This document shows positions 18,224 to 26,861 of a DNA stretch of 56,193 bases, one piece after another. How positions within the stretch are numbered: the first letter of the stretch is position 1; each line of letters opens with the position of its first letter. Location of the stretch: assembly GCA_037441705.1 (NCBI GenBank), contig JBBIRR010000027.1, forward strand, positions 1-56,193. The letters run 5' to 3'. The notes beneath the pieces were generated by a model, which was not told where the DNA came from, made no database searches, and was given only the letters and a program-made list of their open reading frames with translations. The stretch comes from Ignavibacteriales bacterium. GTDB lineage: Bacteria; Bacteroidota; Ignavibacteria; UBA10030; UBA6906. The position numbers and the translations under genes are program-made.

Positions 18224-18865
18224 ATGCGCATTACCAAAATCGAGGGCCAGAAGAACAATCCCTCGCGCAAGAACATCTACGTTGATGGGGAGTTTGCCGT
18301 CGGTATCAGCGCTGAGACGCTGCTGCGGTTCGGCCTGCGCACCGGTGATGAGATTGACGAGTCGAGACTGAAAGCCCTCCAGGCCGCAGAAGAGCTGCAG
18401 AGTGCAAAACAGGCAGCGCTTCGGCTTCTTGCGCGACGACCGCGCAGCGAACGAGAGATACGCGACAAACTCCGCGAGAAGGAGTTTGGCGATGAGGAGA
18501 TTCGGCAGGCCATCGCTTCCCTCCGCAGCGCGGGCATTCTTGACGATGAAGCATTCGCCCGCACGTTTATCCGCGACCAGCTTACGATTAGGCCCAAAGG
18601 TCCCGTTGCCCTCAAACAAAAACTTCTCCTGCTGGGCATCAAAAAAGAGATCATCGATGCTGCGCTTGAAGAAGCGTTTCGTGAATCCTCCCAAGAAGAA
18701 ATTGCATTAGAGGCAGCCCGGAAATTCCTCCGCAGAACTGCACACGGCGACCTTCGTTCAACGCGGCAGAAACTCTCTGCCTTCCTCTCCCGCAGAGGGT
18801 TTTCGTGGGAAGTGATTGCCGGCGTGATGAGCAAGGTGCTCACAAGTACAGACGAAGGAGACTGA
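18224..18865 (+). CDS. recX: Regulatory protein RecX
   Basis: ALRLLARRPRSEREIRDKL, LDDEAFA, KGP..LKQKL, FLSRRGF. Confidence 0.93.
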   Translation: MRITKIEGQKNNPSRKNIYVDGEFAVGISAETLLRFGLRTGDEIDESRLKALQAAEELQSAKQAALRLLARRPRSEREIRDKLREKEFGDEEIRQAIASLRSAGILDDEAFARTFIRDQLTIRPKGPVALKQKLLLLGIKKEIIDAALEEAFRESSQEEIALEAARKFLRRTAHGDLRSTRQKLSAFLSRRGFSWEVIAGVMSKVLTSTDEGD

Positions 18866-18867
18866 CC

Positions 18868-19542
18868 ATGAACAGACTCGTCTTCGATATCGAAACCCTC
18901 GGTTATCCGCTGGAGAGCTTCGACGAACAGCAGCAGCAGTACCTGATGAAGTTTGCCACAACGGATGATGAACGTCTCGAAGCAATCCAGAAGCTTGCAC
19001 TTACCCCGTTTACCGGCTTCATCATCGCCATCGGCATGCTCAATCCCGATTCTCAGCACGGGCGGGTGCTCTTTGCCTCCAACGAACCGGACTCCTTCAC
19101 ATCGGATGACGGCATGATCGAATTCGTTTCGGCCACCGAAAAAGAAATGCTCGAAGAGTTCTGGAAGGCGATTCCGCATTATCCGCAATTCATCACGTTC
19201 AACGGACGAGGGTTCGATTGTCCATTCATCATGCTGCGCTCGTTGCTGTTGGGCGTCAAACCGACGCGCAACCTTCTGCCGTACCGCTACAGCTTCAGCG
19301 AGCATTGCGATCTGCTCGACCAGCTGACGTTCTACGGCGGGATGAGAAGATTTAATCTCGATTTCTACTGCAAGAGTTTGGGCATCAAGAGTCCGAAGAG
19401 CGACGGCATCACGGGACTCGATCTCCGTCCGCTATACGACGCCGGACGTTTCAGAGATATCGCGCAGTATTGCTATGGCGATGTGAAAGCGACGGCGGAG
19501 TTGTTTTTTCGGTGGCAGGAGCATCTGGCGTTTGAGAAATGA
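18868..19542 (+). CDS. Stand-alone 3'-5' exonuclease (PolB-type RNase H-like domain)
   Basis: VFDIET (ExoI), TFNGRGFD (ExoII), H.DL, YC..DV (ExoIII). Confidence 0.88.
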   Translation: MNRLVFDIETLGYPLESFDEQQQQYLMKFATTDDERLEAIQKLALTPFTGFIIAIGMLNPDSQHGRVLFASNEPDSFTSDDGMIEFVSATEKEMLEEFWKAIPHYPQFITFNGRGFDCPFIMLRSLLLGVKPTRNLLPYRYSFSEHCDLLDQLTFYGGMRRFNLDFYCKSLGIKSPKSDGITGLDLRPLYDAGRFRDIAQYCYGDVKATAELFFRWQEHLAFEK

Positions 19543-19578
19543 AGTTGTGCTTTCGGCTTCACCCGCGGGGGATCAAAG

Positions 19579-19608
19579 AAAAAAAGCCGGCTCTTGGAGA
19601 GCCGGCTT
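19579..19608 (-). terminator. Terminator (probably bidirectional) between convergent genes
   Basis: Perfect 11-bp stem AAGCCGGCTCT/AGAGCCGGCTT preceded by an A-run. Confidence 0.82.
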
Positions 19609-19633
19609 CTGATGCACACAAGCTTCGCGATGG

Positions 19634-21481
19634 CTACTTCATCAACACCATCCGTCCGAGACTAACGTTCGTTCCCGCCTCTAATCTGTAGAAGTACAAT
19701 CCGCTCGGGTAGTTGTCGGCAACAAACGTTGTTTGATGCTCGCCCGCGTTCACAGTTTCATTCAGCAATGTTGCGACCTCCTGTCCCAACAGGTTGTACA
19801 CCGTCAGGCGAACGTGCATATCCTGCGGTACAGAGTAATAGATGGTTGTTGAAGGATTGAAGGGATTGGGATAGTTTCCTTTCAAAGCAAACGTTCGTGC
19901 TTCGGCTGCGGCAACAGGTTTTTGCGGCGCCGAAGGAGGTGTCCCGAACGACGTCGCCGCATTCCATGTTGCCCAGCGGTTGGATGTATTTGCCCACCCA
20001 GCGTACATCCATACATCGCTGTCGTCCAGCGGATCGTTGTCCACGCCGCTGTAGTCTCCCCACCTGCCCGAGGTGTTGGAGGCAGCGCCTGCTTTCACCA
20101 GCGCGCTCGGCTGAATCGTCGTCTCGGTTGCGAGCATGCCCGTTCGATACATCGAAGCATACTCCGACGAGCTGGAGCGTGAGAACGTCATGAACATGTT
20201 GTTCGACGCATCGGCGGTCACGGCCGGGTAGTACATGTGAATACCGCTTGCGGTGTACGTAATGTTCTTGTCAATAGCCCCCGTACTGCTGATCTTCAGG
20301 TAGCGGATTGCCGAGACGTACGACCGCTTGTTCGATCCCGCCCGTACATTGAAGCCCGTGTACACAAACCCGTTTCTCCAAACGACATCCTGTGTTCGGC
20401 AATCGTTGGTGGCGATAAGGACGCCTGTGCCCGGCTGCCGAGCATCGGGTGGAACGGCGTAGCTGCCCACGGAAACAGTCGCCACCCGTGTCAGAGTCGG
20501 CGATGACGGCGCGTTATCAATGCGCCACAGTGTTACGGAGCTTCCTCCGCCCGAACGTGTGTTGAGAAGGTACTCGGAGGCTGAAGGGCTGAGGCACCTC
20601 GCCGGCTTTACTGTGAAGGCAGATGTACCGTCGGCATTTCGTAGGTCAATGAAATCGGTGTACGTTGCCGGTGAGCCGGAATACAGCTGCGCTTTATTCA
20701 GCACACGCACTTTCGAATAGCGATACGAATTGCTGCTGATGGTGTACTGATTGGTGTTGATGAAAATGGCGTTGTCGTTGTAACCCAGGCCGGGATAGTC
20801 GCCCCAGTTGCCGGTCATGGTCGTACCATCGAGCCGCCAATCGAATGTGTAGTTCCACCACGGTCCCGTTGGATCGGACGTTTGCGAGACGGACAGATAC
20901 ATGTTGGCAAGCCCGTTGCCGACGGATGTTGCCAGCATAACGAACCTTCCTGCGACGCGATCATAGAAGCACTTCGGGTCGAACGGCGTTCCTGCTGCTG
21001 TGCCCCACCACGTTGCGAATTGTACAGTACTGACGTTCACTCCCGCACGCGTGTAGATGCCGAACTGTGCATTCGTCATATCAAGCACATGAGTCGGGCC
21101 AACCGCAATCGCAGCGTCGTAGGGGATCCAACCATTCTGCCCGAGGCCGTTGAAGTTCACACCCTGATTGGGCGCCAACGCCCCGCCGCCAACGTTGGGA
21201 TCGTATTGAATCTCATAGCCCTGTGGCTCCTGTTCATCTGTCGTTTCCTCATAGCGCTTCAGCTTGCCGAACTCTTCATGGGGGAATTCGAACCGCAGCG
21301 GGACTTCGAAGACGCGTCCCGGTTCAATGGTAACGGCAGCGCCCGGATGGAGATCCGGTTTGACGACTATCGGTACCACGCCCTCCTGCGGCCCGGCCAA
21401 CGGTCGGACATTCGCTCCGTCGGAAGCCCTCGCAAGGCTCGTCGCCAGCACTACAGCAACAGCTAACCAAAGGTGCTTCAT
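19634..21481 (-). CDS. Secreted T9SS cargo protein (signal peptide, probable beta-propeller, C-terminal sorting domain)
   Basis: Signal peptide ...ARA-SD, FDP, GDYPGLG, RWGDYS, and CTD NYPNPFNPST...SGLYFYRL. AGGAGG RBS. Confidence 0.85.
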   Translation of the reverse strand: MKHLWLAVAVVLATSLARASDGANVRPLAGPQEGVVPIVVKPDLHPGAAVTIEPGRVFEVPLRFEFPHEEFGKLKRYEETTDEQEPQGYEIQYDPNVGGGALAPNQGVNFNGLGQNGWIPYDAAIAVGPTHVLDMTNAQFGIYTRAGVNVSTVQFATWWGTAAGTPFDPKCFYDRVAGRFVMLATSVGNGLANMYLSVSQTSDPTGPWWNYTFDWRLDGTTMTGNWGDYPGLGYNDNAIFINTNQYTISSNSYRYSKVRVLNKAQLYSGSPATYTDFIDLRNADGTSAFTVKPARCLSPSASEYLLNTRSGGGSSVTLWRIDNAPSSPTLTRVATVSVGSYAVPPDARQPGTGVLIATNDCRTQDVVWRNGFVYTGFNVRAGSNKRSYVSAIRYLKISSTGAIDKNITYTASGIHMYYPAVTADASNNMFMTFSRSSSSEYASMYRTGMLATETTIQPSALVKAGAASNTSGRWGDYSGVDNDPLDDSDVWMYAGWANTSNRWATWNAATSFGTPPSAPQKPVAAAEARTFALKGNYPNPFNPSTTIYYSVPQDMHVRLTVYNLLGQEVATLLNETVNAGEHQTTFVADNYPSGLYFYRLEAGTNVSLGRMVLMK

Positions 21482-21656
21482 GCCTCCTCCTTAATGAGTT
21501 TGTTGAGAAAGTGTGATGATGGTTTTGTGAGTATGCACGTTCGGGTGGGCAAACGTAGTATTATCGCGTCTCAGGTGCAAGTCCTGGAGTCAAGAAAACT
21601 CCGGTTCTTGTCATGCCTCACATCGTGAGAAGTCTGTCAGCCCGAAATAATTTTCC

Positions 21657-21700
21657 TTGACAGATGTAACTCTCATTCACTATATTCGTATAGCCAAATA
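21657..21700 (+). promoter_or_regulatory. ars promoter with overlapping imperfect palindrome (candidate ArsR operator)
   Basis: TTGACA-18-TATATT, followed by TATTCG-TATAGC-CAAATA. Confidence 0.6.
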
Positions 21701-21721
21701 CAGTTGGAAGAATGGCCAAAC

Positions 21722-22114
21722 ATGAAAGAGCTGACACAAGTATTCAAGGCCCTCTCGGATGAAGCCCGGCTACGGATCCTCAATCTCATATTCCGAACGG
21801 GTGAAATCTGCGTCTGTGACATAGAAGCCATTACAGGTTTTACGCAGACAAAGACGTCCCGACATCTTGCCTACTTACGCAATGCGGGACTGGTGGATTC
21901 CCGCCAGCAGGGACTGTGGATGCTTTATTCTCTTGCTCGTCCGAAGAACAAAGAACACGAGCACCTTATGGGCTGCCTGAAAACCATCCTGCAGCTCAAC
22001 CCTGTTGCGCTGAAAGATGCGCGAGAACTGGCGAAGAGCATAGACAAAGGCTGTTGTGCGACATTCGCCGTCGTCAAACCCGACTCGAAACCGGCAGTAT
22101 TCGATCTCACATAA
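21722..22114 (+). CDS. arsR: ArsR/SmtB-family As(III)-responsive repressor
   Basis: FKALSDEARLRIL, EICVCDI, SRHLAYLRNAGLV, and a C-terminal GCC. Confidence 0.92.
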   Translation: MKELTQVFKALSDEARLRILNLIFRTGEICVCDIEAITGFTQTKTSRHLAYLRNAGLVDSRQQGLWMLYSLARPKNKEHEHLMGCLKTILQLNPVALKDARELAKSIDKGCCATFAVVKPDSKPAVFDLT

Positions 22115-22129
22115 GAAGAAAGGAGCATC

Positions 22130-22888
22130 ATGACACCAACCGACATCAAAAGAGTCGTGCGCGAGAAGTACGGAACAATTGCTGAGGAGCGAAGCTCATG
22201 CTGCGGGCCGGGTTGCGGCTGCGGTACCGATACCTCGGCCGAAACCTTCGCGTTCATGATGAATGACAGATACACCGACGTTGATGAACAGATTGTGCAG
22301 GCTGCCGACTTAGGTCTTGGCTGCGGCACCCCAACCGCCTTCGCCGACATGCGGGAAGGCATGACGGTGCTCGATCTGGGTTCCGGTGCCGGCATCGACG
22401 TCTTTCTGGCTGCGAAGAAAGTGGGTCCGACGGGCAAAGCGATTGGACTCGACATGACCGATGAGATGATCAAGCGTGCGCGGCGCAACAAGGCGAACCT
22501 CGGTATCGAAAACGCCGAGTTCTGGAAGGGTGAGATCGAAAACATGCCGGTGGAATCCAATTCGGTTGACCGCATCATCAGCAACTGCGTCATCAACCTT
22601 GTGCCCGATAAACGCAAGGCTTTCGCCGAGATGTACCGTGTGTTGAAACCGGGAGGCAAGTTTACCATCTCCGATATCGTTTCCATCGGAGACATCCCGG
22701 CCAATGTCCGACGTGATCTCGAACTCTGGGCGGGTTGTGTTTCAGGTGCTATTGACAAGGAGGAATACCTTCACATCGTTCGTGATGCTGGATTCAAGAA
22801 CATCACCGTTGTTGCGGAAAAAAAATATGCGCTTGATCAGGACGTGCCTTTTGGTTTGGTTAGCATCACCGTCGTGGCTGAGAAATGA
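22130..22888 (+). CDS. arsM: Arsenite S-adenosylmethionine methyltransferase
   Basis: SSCCGPGCGC, LGLGCGTP, VLDLGSGAGID, ISNCVINL, WAGCVSGA. Confidence 0.93.
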   Translation: MTPTDIKRVVREKYGTIAEERSSCCGPGCGCGTDTSAETFAFMMNDRYTDVDEQIVQAADLGLGCGTPTAFADMREGMTVLDLGSGAGIDVFLAAKKVGPTGKAIGLDMTDEMIKRARRNKANLGIENAEFWKGEIENMPVESNSVDRIISNCVINLVPDKRKAFAEMYRVLKPGGKFTISDIVSIGDIPANVRRDLELWAGCVSGAIDKEEYLHIVRDAGFKNITVVAEKKYALDQDVPFGLVSITVVAEK

Positions 22889-23322
22889 ATGACATTACAA
22901 TCAGGCAGGCAACTCCGGCCGACTATCCTGCATTGAGCAGGCTGCTCAAGGAAGCCTCGCTGCCCGTTGAGGGAGTAGCCGAGCATCTCGAAACATTTCT
23001 CGTTGCTGTCCGCGACAATGCGGTGATTGGTTCTATGGGCTTGGAACTCTATGGGCAGACGGCGCTACTCCGCTCCGCCGTCGTTAGTCCGCCATGGCGC
23101 AACAGCGGAATCGGCACGATTCTGTACGATGCGCTGCTCGCCAGAGCACGAGGGCATGGCGTTCGTCAGCTCATTCTTCTCACCAATACAGCAGAGAAGT
23201 ATTTTGAGAAGAAGGGCTTCACGAGAATTGACCAGCACTCGGTTACCGGACCGATCACGCAGTCGGTAGAGTTTACCGGCGCATGTAAACATGCCGTGTG
23301 CATGCAGCTTGATTTGAGATGA
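22885..23322 (+). CDS. arsN2: ArsN2-family GNAT N-acetyltransferase
   Basis: ALLRSAVV...RNSGIG, LLTNTAEKYF, SVEFTGACKHAVCM; located inside the ars operon. Confidence 0.8.
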   Translation: MNDITIRQATPADYPALSRLLKEASLPVEGVAEHLETFLVAVRDNAVIGSMGLELYGQTALLRSAVVSPPWRNSGIGTILYDALLARARGHGVRQLILLTNTAEKYFEKKGFTRIDQHSVTGPITQSVEFTGACKHAVCMQLDLR

Positions 23323-23329
23323 GAAAGAA

Positions 23330-23629
23330 ATGAGACACATTATTACTCGAAAGAATAACAGAATCGAAATCAGACTTCTCGGCATCGGGGAGGATAGCGC
23401 CACAATCGTGAAGAAGTTCGGAGGAAATTGTGCGGTTGAGGATGCATGCGATCCGGGCCGCCACTCGACTCTCGAAGCGATCCGCGCTACGCAAATTCCG
23501 GACGGCATAACGCTGGAGGTCAGTGCTCGTCCGAACGTGAGTCTCGATGTTGATGAAGTCGAGTCATGCCTTGACGCTGCCGTAGATCGCATTCTCCAAA
23601 ACAAAGACGCGGAGGAAATCACGATATGA
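23330..23629 (+). CDS. Hypothetical 99-aa protein in the ars operon
   Basis: Fits between arsN2 and arsC, with an ATGA overlap to arsC; three Cys. Confidence 0.7.
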   Translation: MRHIITRKNNRIEIRLLGIGEDSATIVKKFGGNCAVEDACDPGRHSTLEAIRATQIPDGITLEVSARPNVSLDVDEVESCLDAAVDRILQNKDAEEITI

Positions 23630-24051
23630 AACGCGTCCTGATTCTCTGTACCGGGAATTCCTGCCGCAGTCAAATGGCCGAAGGCTGGCTGCGCCATTTT
23701 GGGGGTGGGAAGCTTGAAGTATCGAGTGCAGGCACGCGGCCCAGTTTTGTCCATCCTCTTGCTATACAGGTGATGAACGAAGCCGGCATTGATATCAGCT
23801 CGCATCGGTCGAAGTCGGTTGAAGAATTTATCGGCACGCCGCTCGATTACGTTGTCACGGTGTGCGATAATGCACGGGAAGAATGCCCCTACTTGCCCGG
23901 TACACACGCCACACTTCACATTCCCTTCGAAGATCCTGCCGGTGCAACCGGAACGCTCGACGAACGCCTCGCTGTGTTCCGACGCGTGCGGGATACCATC
24001 AAGGAGGAGATGCGGGGCCTGGCTGAGTCTCTGAAGAATGTGCCTGAGTGA
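23626..24051 (+). CDS. arsC: Arsenate reductase (thioredoxin-coupled, LMW-PTP fold)
   Basis: P-loop CTGNSCRSQMAE, resolving Cys pair VTVCDNAREECP, FEDP. Confidence 0.93.
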   Translation: MKRVLILCTGNSCRSQMAEGWLRHFGGGKLEVSSAGTRPSFVHPLAIQVMNEAGIDISSHRSKSVEEFIGTPLDYVVTVCDNAREECPYLPGTHATLHIPFEDPAGATGTLDERLAVFRRVRDTIKEEMRGLAESLKNVPE

Positions 24052-24159
24052 TATTCGAGAAAGGGCTTCGGCGGCCTGACTTCCGCGGTGGCCTTTCGCG
24101 CGCTTCAAACTGTTACACAGAATGAACAACGAAGCCGTTTATTGACCGCGAGGCCATCG

Positions 24160-24564
24160 GTGAAAGCACTCGCCTTCCATACATTTGTCGTCACCAGTCT
24201 TACACTGTCCCCCTGGCTCTGCTGGCCCGGAAATCCGGACGGCCGCCCCGATGGCCAGAGCACCCCAACCGAAACGATGGAGGTGCCGCCCGCGCATGCA
24301 GCAGTTGGCGGCCTCGCGCTGCACGAGCGCGTCAGGAACATCATCAGGCCCGATTGCGGTAGCTGCCATACTTCCACGTTACCGACCGCGAAGCCGGGAG
24401 CGGTAAAGGTATTCGATCTTGCAAAAGAGGATTGGCACGCCCGCATGTCGAAGGATCAGCTCGAGAGTTTCGGACGTAGGTTGAGAAAATTGGAAGAGCC
24501 TGCCAGGAGTACCGTCAAGGCTTTTGTAGAACGAGAGATTGCAAAACGAGAAGGGCACGATTGA
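24160..24564 (+). CDS. Putative exported monoheme cytochrome c (start uncertain)
   Basis: Hydrophobic N-terminus and a DCGSCH heme-binding motif. Confidence 0.55.
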   Translation: MKALAFHTFVVTSLTLSPWLCWPGNPDGRPDGQSTPTETMEVPPAHAAVGGLALHERVRNIIRPDCGSCHTSTLPTAKPGAVKVFDLAKEDWHARMSKDQLESFGRRLRKLEEPARSTVKAFVEREIAKREGHD

Positions 24565-24604
24565 TCACAAATCTTGCCCGTTTGAAATCAATTGTCTCAT
24601 AGAG

Positions 24605-25288
24605 ATGAAAGCTCGATCCGTTTCGTTCAGCGTCACGGCAGCTGCCGGTGATGTTGATGGACTTCTCATGATCCCGCGTGAGGCGCATGCGTTCTACGTT
24701 TTTGCCCACGGAGCAGGAGCTGGCATGCATCACCCGTTCATGGCTACGATGTCCGAGAAACTTGCGGACGAAGGGATTGCCACGTTGCGCTACAACTTTC
24801 CTTACATGCAACGAAAACAAAAACGTCCTGACCCGCATCCGCTCCTGTTCGCGACTGTTCGCTCAGCAGTTGCTGAAGCAGCTCGATATGCGGACACGCT
24901 TCCCTTGTTTGCAGGCGGCAAGTCTATGGGCGGACGCATGACTTCGATGGCGTATGCTGCGGAACCGCTCGAGGGATTGCGGGGACTTATCTTTTTCGGC
25001 TTTCCGCTTCACCCGCCGGGCAAGCCGTCAACCGAGCGAGCAGAACACTTAAGCAGCGTGGAAATTCCGATGCTCTTCCTTCAGGGAACGAAAGATGAGT
25101 TTGCAGAGATGTCCCTGCTCAAGCCGGTAGTGGAGAAGCTCAACAAAGTGGCGACGCTGCATCTGATTGAGCATGCCGATCACTCCTTCCACGTTCCAAA
25201 GAATTCAGGAAGAAGCGACGAGGATGTCAAGCAAGAGCTTGCGGCAGTCGTGAGAGGATTTGTGAAGCGAGTTGGCCTGCAGCCTTAG
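24605..25288 (+). CDS. Alpha/beta hydrolase (KANL3/Tex30-like)
   Basis: AHGAGAGM, nucleophile elbow GGKSMGGR, GFPLHP, QGTKD, ADHSF. Confidence 0.9.
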   Translation: MKARSVSFSVTAAAGDVDGLLMIPREAHAFYVFAHGAGAGMHHPFMATMSEKLADEGIATLRYNFPYMQRKQKRPDPHPLLFATVRSAVAEAARYADTLPLFAGGKSMGGRMTSMAYAAEPLEGLRGLIFFGFPLHPPGKPSTERAEHLSSVEIPMLFLQGTKDEFAEMSLLKPVVEKLNKVATLHLIEHADHSFHVPKNSGRSDEDVKQELAAVVRGFVKRVGLQP

Positions 25289-25290
25289 CT

Positions 25291-25377
25291 ATCCACGAAG
25301 GTCACGAAGGAACACGAATCATCATTCCCTGACCAAGATAACGGCCACCTTCGTGTACCTTTGTGTTCTTCGTTGAT
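25291..25377. repeat. 28-bp imperfect inverted repeat built from tandem CACGAAG-like 9-10-mers
   Basis: ATCCACGAAGGTCACGAAGGAACACGAA (25291-25318) vs TTCGTGTACCTTTGTGTTCTTCGTTGAT (25350-25377); 23/28 complementary. Confidence 0.8.
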
Positions 25378-25395
25378 CGAACTCTTCTTCGTCAA

Positions 25396-25974
25396 CTATT
25401 CGGGAGTTACCTGCTCGGTGTTCCGCACTTCGCTCAGCATTTGAACGCCGTATTCGTACCCGCGTTGAAAGGCTTTCAGGTTCAACTCTTCGGTGCCAGG
25501 CGGGACGGATGCGGAGACGGCCTTCTGCATGGCATCCTGGGAAACGACGCCGGTGACAGCCGTGAAGAAGCCTAACATCACACTATTCATCACCATCCTC
25601 TTTCCCAACTCCTCTGCCATGCGTGTCGCGGGAATGGCGTAGTGCCTCACGTCCCGGCGAAGGTTGTAAGGACTGACCAATTCCTCTTCCGTAATGAGAA
25701 TGCCGCCCGGTGCCAGCTCGGGGGAGAATTTGGTGTAGGCTTCCTGCGACATGACGACGAGGATATTCGGACTCGTGAGATACGGATAGGTGATCTCTTC
25801 AGACGAGACGATGATCTGCGCGCTGCAAGCGCTGCCACGCGCTTCAGGCCCGAAGGATTGAATCATTGTCGCAAACTTGTCGTCGTAGATGGAGGCCGCG
25901 CGACCGATGACGTAGCCGCTGAGAATCACCCCCTGGCCGCCGAACCCGCCTACTTTGATTTCAACTCGTGTCAT
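25396..25974 (-). CDS. korC: 2-oxoacid:ferredoxin oxidoreductase gamma subunit
   Basis: GFGGQGVIL, SFGPEARGSA, NSVMLG, NLKAF..G. Confidence 0.9.
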   Translation of the reverse strand: MTRVEIKVGGFGGQGVILSGYVIGRAASIYDDKFATMIQSFGPEARGSACSAQIIVSSEEITYPYLTSPNILVVMSQEAYTKFSPELAPGGILITEEELVSPYNLRRDVRHYAIPATRMAEELGKRMVMNSVMLGFFTAVTGVVSQDAMQKAVSASVPPGTEELNLKAFQRGYEYGVQMLSEVRNTEQVTPE

Positions 25975-25982
25975 GCTGCAAC

Positions 25983-26858
25983 CTATACCTGATGCGGAAT
26001 GTACTTATCGCCGAGCCGTTTCTTGTAGTACTCGTGCATCGTGTCCTGATAGGTGGGCCGCTCCTTATCAACGAATTTTCCCACAACAATCTTACCCTGA
26101 AATTCTAATCCTATCGTGCGTGTATCCGCTCCGTTGCGAATCTCGCTGTGTTCCTTGTAGTAGATCATCTGATCCAGTCCGTCGCCAAGCTTATTCCTTC
26201 TGCTATAGAGTGTGGGGCAGGGGGCGAGGACTTCGACGAACGAGAACCCCTTCTTTGCCAGAGCCTCTTTGATGGATTTGGTGAGATGACGAACATGATA
26301 GGCCGTCCAGCGCGCGACATACACCGCACCGCACGACTCGGCAAGGTACGGCAGATTGAACGCCTCTTCGAAGTTGCCATACGGCATCGTCGAAGCAGTT
26401 GCTGTTAGGGGTGTCGTGGGGGCGACCTGTCCGCCGGTCATCCCATAAATACAATTGTTGACGAGAATGACCGTCATGTCCACGTTGCGGCGCGCAGCGT
26501 GAATGAAATGATTCCCTCCAATCGCCGTGAGGTCGCCATCGCCACTATAGACAACGACTTTGAGTTCAGGGTTGGCAAGCTTCAACCCGGTTGCGAAGGG
26601 GATAGCTCGTCCATGTGTTGTGTGAAAGGAATCGAGGTTGACGTAGCCTGCCACGCGTCCGGTGCAGCCGATCCCCGACACCACAGCAACCTTGCGAAGA
26701 TCGAGGCCGCTGGTTTCCAAAGCGTGGGCGAAGCAGTTCACCGTTGTGCCGATGCCGCAGCCCGGACACCAGATGTGCGGCAGGCGGTCGGTTCGGAGAA
26801 ATGCTTCCACCGGATTGACGGGGAGACTTTCGTCAACGTCAAGAAGTGGTTCTGCCAT
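25983..26858 (-). CDS. korB: 2-oxoacid:ferredoxin oxidoreductase beta subunit (TPP-binding)
   Basis: WCPGCG, SGIGC, HGRA, TPP motif GDGD...NN, YGMTGGQ. Confidence 0.93.
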   Translation of the reverse strand: MAEPLLDVDESLPVNPVEAFLRTDRLPHIWCPGCGIGTTVNCFAHALETSGLDLRKVAVVSGIGCTGRVAGYVNLDSFHTTHGRAIPFATGLKLANPELKVVVYSGDGDLTAIGGNHFIHAARRNVDMTVILVNNCIYGMTGGQVAPTTPLTATASTMPYGNFEEAFNLPYLAESCGAVYVARWTAYHVRHLTKSIKEALAKKGFSFVEVLAPCPTLYSRRNKLGDGLDQMIYYKEHSEIRNGADTRTIGLEFQGKIVVGKFVDKERPTYQDTMHEYYKKRLGDKYIPHQV

Positions 26859-26861
26859 CGT

